64,000 nucleotides of DNA from Clostridia bacterium (GTDB lineage: Bacteria; Bacillota; Clostridia; Oscillospirales; CAG-272): assembly GCA_017613355.1 (NCBI GenBank), contig JAGAEA010000022.1:6209-70208 (forward strand). Reading direction: 5' to 3'. Shown piece after piece: positions 1 to 8,659 of the stretch. The position numbers and the translations under genes were made by a program. The notes beneath the pieces are model-generated. The model was not told the DNA's origin. It saw nothing but the letters and a program-made list of their open reading frames with translations, and did no database searches. Each line of letters begins with the position of its first letter. Position 1 is the first letter of the stretch.

Positions 1-7
1 GCTCCGC

Positions 8-1126
8 ATGGCGGCGGCAGTCAACCCCGACGACGTTTGCAATATGCAGTACACCTCGGGTACCACGGGCTTTCCGAAAGGGGTCATGCTCACGCACCGC
101 AACATTGTGAACAACGGTAAGTGCATCGGCGACCGCATGGATCTTTCCACCGCCGATCGCATGATGATCCAGGTTCCCATGTTCCATTGCTTCGGCATGG
201 TGCTTGCCATGACCGCCTCGATGACCCACGGGGTCACGCTCCTGCCCTTGCCCTATTTTTCGCCGAAGCCCGCGCTCGCCTGCATCCATAACGAACACAT
301 CACGGCGTTCCACGGCGTTCCCACCATGTTTATCGCCATGCTCGGTCACGCCGACTTCCCGAAAACCGACTTCTCCTATATGCGAACGGGAATCATGGCG
401 GGCAGTCCCTGCCCCATTTCCGCCATGCGCGACGTGGTGGAAAAAATGCACATGACCGAGATCACCATTGTTTACGGGCAAACCGAAGCGTCGCCCGGGT
501 GCACCATGAGCTCCACCGACGACCCCATCGAAGTCCGTGTTGGCACGGTCGGCAGACCTCTGCCCGAGATCGAATGCAAGATCGTCGATCCCGAAACGGG
601 GAAAGAATGCCCCGACGAAGTGACGGGTGAATTCGTGGCGCGCGGCTATAACATTATGAAAGGGTACTACAAAATGCCCGAGGCGACCGCCGCCGCCATC
701 GACGCGGACGGCTGGCTCCACACGGGCGACCTCGCCTGCCGCACCCCCGAGGGCAATTTCCGCATTACGGGACGGCTCAAAGACATGATCATCCGCGGCG
801 GAGAGAACATCTACCCCAAAGAGATCGAGGAGTTTATCTACACGCATCCGAAGGTCAGCGACGTGCAGGTCATCGGCGTTCCCGACGAGCAGTACGGCGA
901 GGAGATCATGGCTTGCATCATCCTCAAAAAGGGCGAGACCATGACCGCCGACGAAATGCGCGCTTTCATTGCGGCAAGCATGGCACGGCACAAAGTTCCG
1001 AAATACATTGATTTTGTGGATTCCTTTCCGATGAACGCGGCGGGCAAGATCCTCAAATATCAGATGCGGCAAGATGCCGTTGAAAAGCTGGGACTTCAAA
1101 AAGCGAGCAAGGTGGTGACCGCGTAA
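8..1126 (+). CDS. AMP-binding acyl-CoA synthetase (5' end probably upstream of the window)
   Basis: QYTSGTTGFPKG AMP-binding loop, YGQTE, GWLHTGDL and RGGENIYP motifs; shorter than a full family member and the frame is open to the window edge. Confidence 0.9.
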   Translation: MAAAVNPDDVCNMQYTSGTTGFPKGVMLTHRNIVNNGKCIGDRMDLSTADRMMIQVPMFHCFGMVLAMTASMTHGVTLLPLPYFSPKPALACIHNEHITAFHGVPTMFIAMLGHADFPKTDFSYMRTGIMAGSPCPISAMRDVVEKMHMTEITIVYGQTEASPGCTMSSTDDPIEVRVGTVGRPLPEIECKIVDPETGKECPDEVTGEFVARGYNIMKGYYKMPEATAAAIDADGWLHTGDLACRTPEGNFRITGRLKDMIIRGGENIYPKEIEEFIYTHPKVSDVQVIGVPDEQYGEEIMACIILKKGETMTADEMRAFIAASMARHKVPKYIDFVDSFPMNAAGKILKYQMRQDAVEKLGLQKASKVVTA

Positions 1127-1944
1127 TGCGAAACGGATACGAAGTTTGGGACGCGCACTGCCACATTTACCCCGAAAAGATCGCGGAGCGCGCCGTGGCG
1201 GGGACCGACGCTTTCTACGGAACCGCCGCCGCCTGCCGAGGTACGGTGCGCGACCTGATCGACCGCGGGACTGCCGCGGGGATCGACCGCTTTGTGGTGC
1301 AGTCGGTTGCGACCACGCCGAAGCAGGTACGGAGCATCAATGAGTTTATCGCCGCGGCGGTTGCCGAAGGCGAGGGACGGCTGACAGGGCTCGGAACCAT
1401 CCATCCCGCTTCCGAGAACATGGAAGGAGACATCCGCCATTTGGTGGAATTGGGTCTGCGCGGGATCAAAATTCACCCCGACATTCAGAAATACCGCATC
1501 GACGACCCGTTGTTCTTCCCCGCTTTCGAATTGGCGCAGTCGCTCGATCTGCCCATTCTGATCCACACGGGCGACTACCGCTACGACTATTCCAACCCCA
1601 ACCGTCTCCTTCCCGTCCTGCGCGCGTTTCCGCGCTTGCGGGTCATCGGGGCGCACTTCGGGGGATGGTCGATTTGGGAAGAAGCCGCAGAACAACTCGC
1701 GGGCATTCCCAACCTTTGGGTGGATTGCTCGTCCACCATGCCGTTCATGCCCGCCGGCGAGGTGGCGGCGCGGGTCCCCGCGCTGATCCGACGCTACGGA
1801 GCCGACCGCGTCCTGTTTGGGAGCGACGCGCCCATGTGGGATCCCGCCGCCGAGCTCGACGCTTTCCTTGCGCTTCCCGACCTGACCGACGACGATCGCC
1901 GCTTGATCCTCTCCGAGAACGCGAAGGGCGTTTATGGGGGATAA
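1126..1944 (+). CDS. Amidohydrolase family (metal-dependent TIM-barrel) protein
   Basis: DAHCH, GIKIHP, ILIHTG, AHFGG and LFGSD motifs; start overlaps the upstream stop (TAATG). Confidence 0.85.
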   Translation: MRNGYEVWDAHCHIYPEKIAERAVAGTDAFYGTAAACRGTVRDLIDRGTAAGIDRFVVQSVATTPKQVRSINEFIAAAVAEGEGRLTGLGTIHPASENMEGDIRHLVELGLRGIKIHPDIQKYRIDDPLFFPAFELAQSLDLPILIHTGDYRYDYSNPNRLLPVLRAFPRLRVIGAHFGGWSIWEEAAEQLAGIPNLWVDCSSTMPFMPAGEVAARVPALIRRYGADRVLFGSDAPMWDPAAELDAFLALPDLTDDDRRLILSENAKGVYGG

Positions 1945-1953
1945 AGAAAAGGT

Positions 1954-2001
1954 CGCGAGGGGAAGGGAAACTTTTTGCAAGAAGTTTCCCTTCCCCTCGC
2001 G
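1954..2001. repeat. REP-like long palindrome
   Basis: cgcgaggggaagggaaacttttt-gc-aagaagtttcccttcccctcgcg, near-perfect 23-bp arms just after the stop codon. Confidence 0.7.
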
Positions 2002-2047
2002 CTCCCTTTCCTTTCAAAAACTCTCATAAAGGGAAACTAACAAAGTA

Positions 2048-2085
2048 TTTTCCACCCCGCCAAATTTTTGGCGGGGTGGTTTTTC
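2048..2085 (+). repeat. Terminator-like repeat, copy 1 (variant loop)
   Basis: ccaccccgccaaatttttggcggggtgg followed by ttttt; related to the copies at 2846 and 4403. Confidence 0.85.
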
Positions 2086-2095
2086 GTTTGCCAGA

Positions 2096-2292
2096 CTTGA
2101 CATTACAGGCGCGGTTGTGGTAAAATATAGGTACGATGCTTGGGGGAATGTGCCAGATGATTCCACAACTAACCATGAATGGGGACACAATCATATTCAA
2201 AAATATGGGAAAGAACCGCAGATATGTTGGGAGGAGTTGATAGAGAAAACTATGAGCCATTTTGGAATAAAGAAAATTTTAAATTTTGGTAA
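2096..2292 (+). pseudogene. Mosaic Rhs core / toxin C-terminal remnant
   Basis: In frame: LDITGAVVVKYRYDAWGN (Rhs-associated core), then VPDDSTT and HEWGH; in a shifted frame YSKIWERTADMLGGVDR...stop at 2290-2292. Confidence 0.7.
2097..2126 (+). promoter_or_regulatory. sigmaA-like promoter embedded in the Rhs core remnant
   Basis: TTGACA-N18-TAAAAT with an extended -10 TG. Confidence 0.55.
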
Positions 2293-2752
2293 ATCATTTC
2301 TTGCTCTTTTGATTTTAATACTATGTTTTTTTTCTTCATGTAGGGGTTGGGGGTATTCTTTGCCATATGAGAAGGATAAATTGCAGGATGAATTAGTATC
2401 TATAAGTATTATTTCCGATTTGCATGTAGAGGATGTTGACGGTAGTAATCGCCTTGTTTACTCTACGATTTATGAGGTTTTTGACACGAGCGAGATTGAA
2501 AAAATTATAGATTCATTGGCTTCTGCTATATCTTCCGGAAGGATAAGAGGATGGAAAGGCGCTCCACTTCCTTATGGAACCGATGGCTTGATTTTAATTT
2601 ATCCAAATTATAAAATGATTATCTCAACAAGCAGAATTATGTATGTGGATGTAGAGAAAGAACAACCCGATTTGGAAAATCGTCAAATACTTGATTCTGA
2701 TGATGTTATCAAAACAATTATCAAAAAATACACTCAATTAGAAACGGAATAA
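2252..2752 (+). CDS. Putative lipoprotein, candidate immunity protein
   Basis: AT-rich ORF with basic N-terminus, hydrophobic stretch and FFSSC lipobox-like motif; overlaps the toxin-remnant stop. Start uncertain (the ORF track extends it to 2117). Confidence 0.6.
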   Translation: MSHFGIKKILNFGKSFLALLILILCFFSSCRGWGYSLPYEKDKLQDELVSISIISDLHVEDVDGSNRLVYSTIYEVFDTSEIEKIIDSLASAISSGRIRGWKGAPLPYGTDGLILIYPNYKMIISTSRIMYVDVEKEQPDLENRQILDSDDVIKTIIKKYTQLETE

Positions 2753-2845
2753 TTCACAGCATTTTCCTCGTCAATTTTGTTGCATGTCAATAAGTGTATG
2801 AACCAAATAATAGAAATGCACAATCAAAATAAAATCGTTTAGATT

Positions 2846-2883
2846 TGTTTTCCCACCCCGCCAATTCGGCGGGGTGGTTTTTC
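2846..2883 (+). repeat. Terminator-like 38-bp repeat, copy 2
   Basis: tgttttcccaccccgccaattcggcggggtggtttttc, identical to 4403-4440. Confidence 0.9.
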
Positions 2884-2895
2884 TGTGTGTCAAAC

Positions 2896-2924
2896 TTGAC
2901 AAATTTTTGAAAAGCTGTTATACT
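2896..2924 (+). promoter_or_regulatory. sigmaA promoter
   Basis: TTGACA-N17-TATACT with an extended TG. Confidence 0.75.
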
Positions 2925-2959
2925 GTATATGCATAATATTTATTGAATGGAGTAGCGTA

Positions 2960-3472
2960 ATGAAATTTGGCTTGAAACACAAACGATTGTCAACTATATG
3001 TGCCATTTTGGTATGTGTGATTTTTTTGTCCGTTGCCATTGGTCATTTGGTTTATGCTCATCGCAATATTGATAGAAGTCTTTATATTTTTCAAGATATT
3101 GATGAGTGCAGAAACTTGGCTTCTTATGAAAGCGATGCGGAAGTAAAGAGTTATGACTCTCCCGAACAAGATAAAAACTATAAGGGGCAACCGCTCATAT
3201 CTTTCGTGGGAATGAACTATAAATCCAAAACCATGAAATATAAACTATTTGCTTATGAGTTTGAAAATAGCGATCAGGCAAAACAGTATTTTTCAAAAAT
3301 AACTGGGAAAAATTATGACAATGCATTATATGTATCGAAATCGTCGGGCATGAGTTCTTATAGAATCGTAGTTGCGTTTGAAAACAGAGCATATTGCATA
3401 GAAACAAGCAATCGTTATATTAAACAAGTTGACACAATGCTTGCAAGTCAAATTTCAAATAAACTGAAGTGA
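2960..3472 (+). CDS. Membrane-anchored/secreted hypothetical protein, candidate immunity protein
   Basis: GGAG RBS, N-terminal hydrophobic helix, AT-rich; function inferred from context only. Confidence 0.6.
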   Translation: MKFGLKHKRLSTICAILVCVIFLSVAIGHLVYAHRNIDRSLYIFQDIDECRNLASYESDAEVKSYDSPEQDKNYKGQPLISFVGMNYKSKTMKYKLFAYEFENSDQAKQYFSKITGKNYDNALYVSKSSGMSSYRIVVAFENRAYCIETSNRYIKQVDTMLASQISNKLK

Positions 3473-3605
3473 CAACAAAAAAATAAGCAGATGGCGCATG
3501 AGTGGTCATTTTGTGTTTGATATGCTTCCATATTTTGTGTGGGGCAATTCGCCGGAAGATTCTACTACAATTATTGAACGAATTGGAATGGGGTGGTTAT
3601 ATTAA
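3471..3605 (+). pseudogene. Orphan toxin C-terminal fragment
   Basis: Frame reads ...SRWRMSGHFVFDMLPYFVWGNSPEDSTTIIERIGMGWLY-stop; WGNSPEDSTT matches WGNVPDDSTT at ~2141-2170 in 8 of 10 residues. Confidence 0.55.
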
Positions 3606-4398
3606 AATCCAAAAACGCAAATTAAAAAGAATAATCGCATTGTCTATACTTTTTATTGTTGTATTTGGAATTATACTGCAATTCATGAGATATTTTATGG
3701 CAAACAAATTGGTTAATGCTATTGAAAAGAACGATACGAAAAAAGTAGAATCTCTTTTGAAAAGCGGGGTAAATCCCAATGTCGGTACTTTGCCCGATTA
3801 TGGAATTCACAGGGTATTTCGCATTATGACGGAAACCAGTCCTCAATATCCGTTAGCAGAAGCCTGTTGGCAAGGGAATTATGAAATTGTCAAGTTGCTG
3901 ATTGACCATGGGGCAAAGGTCGATTTCTCCAAGAAAGAGGTATGGTCTCCTTTATGGAATGCTATCCAATATTATCAGCCCGATACAATTCCGATAGTGA
4001 AGTTGCTATTGGAAAATGGCGCCGATATTTACCATGAGGAAGGCGGTGAGTTCCCCGCTCAAATTGCATCGCAAATGAGACCGAAAAAATATGATCCGGA
4101 AAGAAAGAATGGCACTGTATTTGAAGATGGCTATGACGAGGAAACTGCACAAGGCATCACAGAAGTAGTAAAGTTGCTGATAGGAGATAATGATATTAAC
4201 GAACCTGCGTATTGTGGCAGGACAATGTTAATGTGGGCAGCTTTTTATGAAAACATTCCTCTTACAGAATATTTGCTTTCAATTGGTGCAAATAAAAGCA
4301 TTAAAAATCATTATGATGGTAAAACCGCTTATGACTATGCGATTGACAATGACAACCAGAAACTTGCCGAACTGTTGAAGCCGTCAGCCGAAATCTGA
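3502..4398 (+). CDS. Membrane-anchored ankyrin-repeat protein (true start probably near 3601)
   Basis: Ankyrin repeats PLAEACWQGNYEIVKLLIDHGAKVD, PIVKLLLENGAD, GRTMLMWAA, GKTAYDYA; N-terminal TM helix. Confidence 0.8.
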   Translation: MVILCLICFHILCGAIRRKILLQLLNELEWGGYIKIQKRKLKRIIALSILFIVVFGIILQFMRYFMANKLVNAIEKNDTKKVESLLKSGVNPNVGTLPDYGIHRVFRIMTETSPQYPLAEACWQGNYEIVKLLIDHGAKVDFSKKEVWSPLWNAIQYYQPDTIPIVKLLLENGADIYHEEGGEFPAQIASQMRPKKYDPERKNGTVFEDGYDEETAQGITEVVKLLIGDNDINEPAYCGRTMLMWAAFYENIPLTEYLLSIGANKSIKNHYDGKTAYDYAIDNDNQKLAELLKPSAEI

Positions 4399-4402
4399 TC
4401 AA

Positions 4403-4440
4403 TGTTTTCCCACCCCGCCAATTCGGCGGGGTGGTTTTTC
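4403..4440 (+). repeat. Terminator-like 38-bp repeat, copy 3
   Basis: Identical to 2846-2883; marks the return to high-GC sequence. Confidence 0.9.
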
Positions 4441-4471
4441 GCCACACGCTCTGCAATTTTCGGGAAAGCTC

Positions 4472-4500
4472 TTGACAAACCGCGAAAAATAGGGTATGAT
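4472..4500 (+). promoter_or_regulatory. sigmaA promoter
   Basis: TTGACA-N17-TATGAT. Confidence 0.7.
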
Positions 4501-4549
4501 ACAAAGGTCCTACACCGTTTTCTTTGAAGTGAGGTTTCGGAATACCGTC

Positions 4550-5701
4550 ATGGAAGAACCGCAAGCATCCGTCAAGCCTTCCCGCGCCGCCGTTCGTTCG
4601 GCGATTCTGCGCTTTCCGCAGAGAAACCCCGTTCTCTGCATTTCGTTCGTTCTCGCGGTCGTCACGTCCTTCATCATCCCGCCCGACGCCGCCTACCGCT
4701 CCTATATCGACCTGAAAACCGTCTCCTGCCTGTTCTGCGTGCTCGCGGTCGTCTGTGCGCTCAAAAATATCCGCTTTTTCTCCCGCCTCGCCGAGGGTCT
4801 TGTGGTGCTCACGGGGAATTTGCGCCTTGCCACGGTCGCGCTTGTCTGCGTCACTTTCATCGGCTCCATGCTCATTGCCAACGACATGGCTCTCCTGACC
4901 TTCCTTCCGCTCGGCTATTTCGTCCTCGCTTCCACGGGGACAGAACGCTACATGGCGCCCGTTTTCATTCTGCAAAACATTGCCGCCAACCTCGGCGGAA
5001 TGCTCACCCCATTCGGCAACCCGCAAAACCTCTATCTCTATTCCCATTTCAACATCCCCGACGGCGAATTTCTGCGCATCATGTTCCCGCCGTTCCTGCT
5101 CTCCATCGCTCTGATCCTCGCTTGCTGTTTCCTGTTGCCGCGCTCACCGATCTCGCTGCAACGCTCCGAAAAATCGCCCTTGCCCCTACCGCGAACGCTT
5201 TTGTATCTTGCCCTGTTCGCGCTTGCGATCGTCATGGTGTTCCGCGTCATTCCCTATTGGATCGGGCTTTGCGTCATTCCCGCGGTTCTGCTCCTTGCCG
5301 ACCGTCGGGCGCTCGGGCAGGTGGACTACGGTCTGCTTTTCACCTTCGTCTGCTTCTTCGTTTTCGCGGGAAACCTCTCGCGCGTCGAGCCCGTCCGCGA
5401 GCTTCTCGGCAACCTGCTCGGCAAAAATCCGCTCGTGGTGAGCGCGCTGTCCTGTCAGGTCATCAGCAACGTGCCCTCCGCCATCCTGCTCTCCCGCTTC
5501 ACTTCCGACTACCGCAGTCTCCTGCTCGGCGTGAACATCGGCGGCACGGGAACGCTCATCGCCTCGCTCGCCAGCCTCATCACCTTCCGCGAATACGTCC
5601 GACACAACCCGAACCGCAAACGGTACTACCTCGGGGTTTTCTCGGCGTTCAATTTCTCGTTTCTTGCCGTTCTGCTCGTTTTTTCTTCCCTCGTCGGTTA
5701 A
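4550..5701 (+). CDS. CitMHS/ArsB/NhaD-type (ion transporter superfamily) permease
   Basis: Multi-TM protein with SMLIANDMALLTFLP, AANLGGMLTPFGNPQN, SNVPSA and GVNIGGTGTLIASLASLI motifs. Confidence 0.8.
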   Translation: MEEPQASVKPSRAAVRSAILRFPQRNPVLCISFVLAVVTSFIIPPDAAYRSYIDLKTVSCLFCVLAVVCALKNIRFFSRLAEGLVVLTGNLRLATVALVCVTFIGSMLIANDMALLTFLPLGYFVLASTGTERYMAPVFILQNIAANLGGMLTPFGNPQNLYLYSHFNIPDGEFLRIMFPPFLLSIALILACCFLLPRSPISLQRSEKSPLPLPRTLLYLALFALAIVMVFRVIPYWIGLCVIPAVLLLADRRALGQVDYGLLFTFVCFFVFAGNLSRVEPVRELLGNLLGKNPLVVSALSCQVISNVPSAILLSRFTSDYRSLLLGVNIGGTGTLIASLASLITFREYVRHNPNRKRYYLGVFSAFNFSFLAVLLVFSSLVG

Positions 5702-5768
5702 AACCCGTCATGTTTTTGACCGACGTTGGATATACTATCCCCGAAAGTCCTCGGAAAGGAGGTCTCCC

Positions 5769-6305
5769 GTGTTTTTCCAAAATCATTTACAGCTCGGTCG
5801 TGCGCTCGCTGCCGAATCGCGGGAATTAAACGCGCATTTTCTTCGCCGCGAACTCTTCCTGCTCGGTAACGTCCTGCCCGATTTTTTGTTTTATACCTAT
5901 CTGCGCGGCTACGGAAAAAGCCGCCGTTGGACGGGTCACAGTTTGCCCCATTCCGCGCCCGCCATCGAAAAAAATCTGAAAAAGCGTCTTTCGGTGGGTC
6001 TTCGCTCCTGCCACGACGCCTACCGCCTCGGCATTCTGATCCACTATCTTTCGGATTCCTTCACCTATCCGCACACCGAACGCTTCACGGGTCGCCGATC
6101 CGAACACACCCGCTACGAACACAAACTCCTCAAAATTTTTCCGCGTTTTCTGCATCTCGTCAAGGAAACGCCGCCCGCGCAATCGGCGGATTTTCTCGCC
6201 GAAGCGCGTCGCGCTTACCTTTCGCTCCCCCCTTCCCCCGAAACCGACGCGGAATGGATCGTTCGCGTCTGCTCGGCGATTTTCTTCGCGGTGGGGGAGG
6301 TCTGA
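5769..6305 (+). CDS. Zinc-dependent phospholipase C family protein
   Basis: N-terminal His, GNVLPD, GHS, HYLSDSFTYPH and HTRYE motifs; AAAGGAGGT RBS before GTG. Confidence 0.7.
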   Translation: MFFQNHLQLGRALAAESRELNAHFLRRELFLLGNVLPDFLFYTYLRGYGKSRRWTGHSLPHSAPAIEKNLKKRLSVGLRSCHDAYRLGILIHYLSDSFTYPHTERFTGRRSEHTRYEHKLLKIFPRFLHLVKETPPAQSADFLAEARRAYLSLPPSPETDAEWIVRVCSAIFFAVGEV

Positions 6306-6359
6306 ATTCATAAAAATACCGATTTTCAAATGTTTTTAGACCAAAAACAAAGATTTCTA

Positions 6360-6388
6360 TTGACACGGAAAGCGAAATCTGCTATAAT
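6360..6388 (+). promoter_or_regulatory. sigmaA promoter of the glm operon
   Basis: TTGACA-N17-TATAAT, perfect consensus with TG extension. Confidence 0.85.
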
Positions 6389-6491
6389 GATAAATGTTGA
6401 AGGTTCAACCGCACGGGTTTGGAAACTTTTCCAAGCCCGTATGTTATGCAATGGATGCTTTCATAAAAAACCGAGGGAGATTTTATCCGCT

Positions 6492-7868
6492 ATGGGAAAA
6501 TATTTCGGGACCGACGGCTTTCGCGGGGAAGCGGGCGTTACGCTCACTTCCGAACACGCCTACAAGATCGGCAGATTTCTGGGATGGTACTATTCGGAGA
6601 GCGGACGGCATCGCGTCCGCATTGTGATCGGCAAGGACACGCGCCGTTCAAGCTATATGTTCGAGTACGCGATCGTGGCGGGCTTGACCGCGTCGGGCGC
6701 CGACGCCTATATGCTCCACGTCACCACCACGCCGAGCGTTTCCTACGTTGTGGCGGGGGATGAATTCGACTGCGGCATCATGATTTCGGCAAGCCACAAC
6801 CCCTTCACCGACAACGGCATCAAGCTGGTCAACCGTCGCGGCGAAAAAATGGACGACGCGACCATTGAAAAAATCGAACTCTATCTGGACGGTCGTCTCG
6901 ATGCCCTCGGCGTCACCGCGCCCGACCTTCCCTTCGCCAAAGGCGAAGAGCTGGGGGAGATCGTGGACTACGCGGCGGGCAGAAACCGCTATATCGGTTA
7001 TCTCATCTCGCTCTCGCGCTATTCCTTCAAACCCTACCGCATCGGTCTCGACTGCGCCAACGGAAGCGCCTGGATGATCGCCAAAAGCGTGTTTGAAGCG
7101 CTCGGCGCGAAAGTTTCGCTCATCAACGCCTCGCCGGACGGTCTCAATATCAACCGCGGCGCGGGCTCCACGCATATCGGCGCGCTTTGCCGCCACGTGC
7201 AGGAAAACAATCTCGACGTCGGGTTCGCCTTTGACGGTGACGCCGACCGCTGTATCGCCGTAGACGAACGCGGAAACGTCGTCAACGGGGATCACATTCT
7301 TTATATCCTCGCCAACGTTCTCAAACAGAACGGCGAACTGACGAACAATACCGTGGTGACGACCATCATGTCCAATATGGGACTTTACCGCGCCTTGACC
7401 GACGCGGGGATCGACTACGCGCAAACCACGGTGGGCGACCGCTACGTGTGGGAAAACATGGCGGAAACGGGCAACTGCCTCGGCGGGGAGCAATCGGGAC
7501 ATATCATCATGAGCAAGTATGCCACCACGGGGGACGGCATTCTGACCGCCATTAAGATCATGGAAGCGGTCATTTCTTCCAAGCTCCCGCTCTCCAAACT
7601 CGCCGAACCCGTGAAAATGTACCCGCAGGTACTCAAAAACGTCCGCGTGGCGGATAAAGCCGCCGTGCGGAACAACGCCGCCGTGAAAGCGGCGGTCGAA
7701 AAAGCAAGTTCCGAGCTGAACGGAAACGGTCGCGTCCTGCTCCGCGAGAGCGGCACCGAACCCGTTGTCCGCGTCATGGCGGAAGCCGACACCGAGGCGC
7801 TTTGCGAGCGCGTGGTGAACGGTGTGGTCGCCGTCATCCGCTCGGAAGGGCTCGCGGAGGATCGATGA
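6492..7868 (+). CDS. glmM: Phosphoglucosamine mutase
   Basis: KYFGTDGFRG, ISASHNP phosphoserine motif, FDGDADR, GGEQSGH, RESGTEP. Confidence 0.95.
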   Translation: MGKYFGTDGFRGEAGVTLTSEHAYKIGRFLGWYYSESGRHRVRIVIGKDTRRSSYMFEYAIVAGLTASGADAYMLHVTTTPSVSYVVAGDEFDCGIMISASHNPFTDNGIKLVNRRGEKMDDATIEKIELYLDGRLDALGVTAPDLPFAKGEELGEIVDYAAGRNRYIGYLISLSRYSFKPYRIGLDCANGSAWMIAKSVFEALGAKVSLINASPDGLNINRGAGSTHIGALCRHVQENNLDVGFAFDGDADRCIAVDERGNVVNGDHILYILANVLKQNGELTNNTVVTTIMSNMGLYRALTDAGIDYAQTTVGDRYVWENMAETGNCLGGEQSGHIIMSKYATTGDGILTAIKIMEAVISSKLPLSKLAEPVKMYPQVLKNVRVADKAAVRNNAAVKAAVEKASSELNGNGRVLLRESGTEPVVRVMAEADTEALCERVVNGVVAVIRSEGLAEDR

Positions 7869-8555
7869 ATGCAAGGTTTTGAAGAACAGTTGCGCGTGAC
7901 CGCGCTTTACCGCTATCCCGAACACTCGATCGCCTATGACTACCTCGCGTCCTTCACCTATCCGTGGGAAGCCCTGGACGGTCTTGCCGATTTCATTCGC
8001 GGTCTGGGCGCAACGCTCTCCCCCGATGAATACGACCGCCCCGCCGACGACGTTTGGATCGCCAAAACGGCGAAAATCGCACCGACGGCATATCTCGGCG
8101 GACCTTTGATCGTTTGCGACGGCGCCGAAGTCCGCCATTGCGCGTTCATTCGCGGAAGCGCGATCGTGGGTGCGGGCGCCGTGGTCGGCAATTCCACCGA
8201 ACTGAAAAACTGTATTCTTTTCGACCGTGTGCAGGTTCCGCACTTCAACTACGTAGGCGACGCCGTCCTCGGCTACCGCTCGCACATGGGCGCGGGTACG
8301 GTGACTTCCAACGTCAAGAGCGACAAAACACCCGTCGTCATTCGTTGTGAAACGGAAGCTATGGCAACGGGGCGCAAGAAATGCGGAGCGATGCTCGGCG
8401 ACTTCGTGGAAGTGGGCTGCAACAGCGTGCTCAACCCGGGAACGGTCATCGGCGCCAACAGCACGGTGTATCCTCTTTCCTCGGTGCGCGGGTTCGTCCC
8501 CGAACGCCACATTTTCAAATCCCGCGAGGAGATCATTCTCAAACGGGAAGACTGA
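7869..8555 (+). CDS. Hexapeptide-repeat acyltransferase (stand-alone GlmU C-terminal-like domain)
   Basis: Left-handed beta-helix repeats, PHFNYVGD, VGCNSVLNPGT; lies between glmM and glmS. Confidence 0.75.
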   Translation: MQGFEEQLRVTALYRYPEHSIAYDYLASFTYPWEALDGLADFIRGLGATLSPDEYDRPADDVWIAKTAKIAPTAYLGGPLIVCDGAEVRHCAFIRGSAIVGAGAVVGNSTELKNCILFDRVQVPHFNYVGDAVLGYRSHMGAGTVTSNVKSDKTPVVIRCETEAMATGRKKCGAMLGDFVEVGCNSVLNPGTVIGANSTVYPLSSVRGFVPERHIFKSREEIILKRED

Positions 8556-8659
8556 CTTTTCCGAAATGCCGCTTTGCGGTTTTTCATAGTCTCTTTCCCG
8601 CCGACGAACGGCGGGCGGGAAAGAGGCTCGCCCTCTGCCGTTCCCCGCAAATCCGGGAC

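Noticed and set aside
2048-4440. Three palindromic repeats as a CRISPR array
   Set aside because: Spacing is about 800 and 1550 bp with whole genes between copies; no cas genes.
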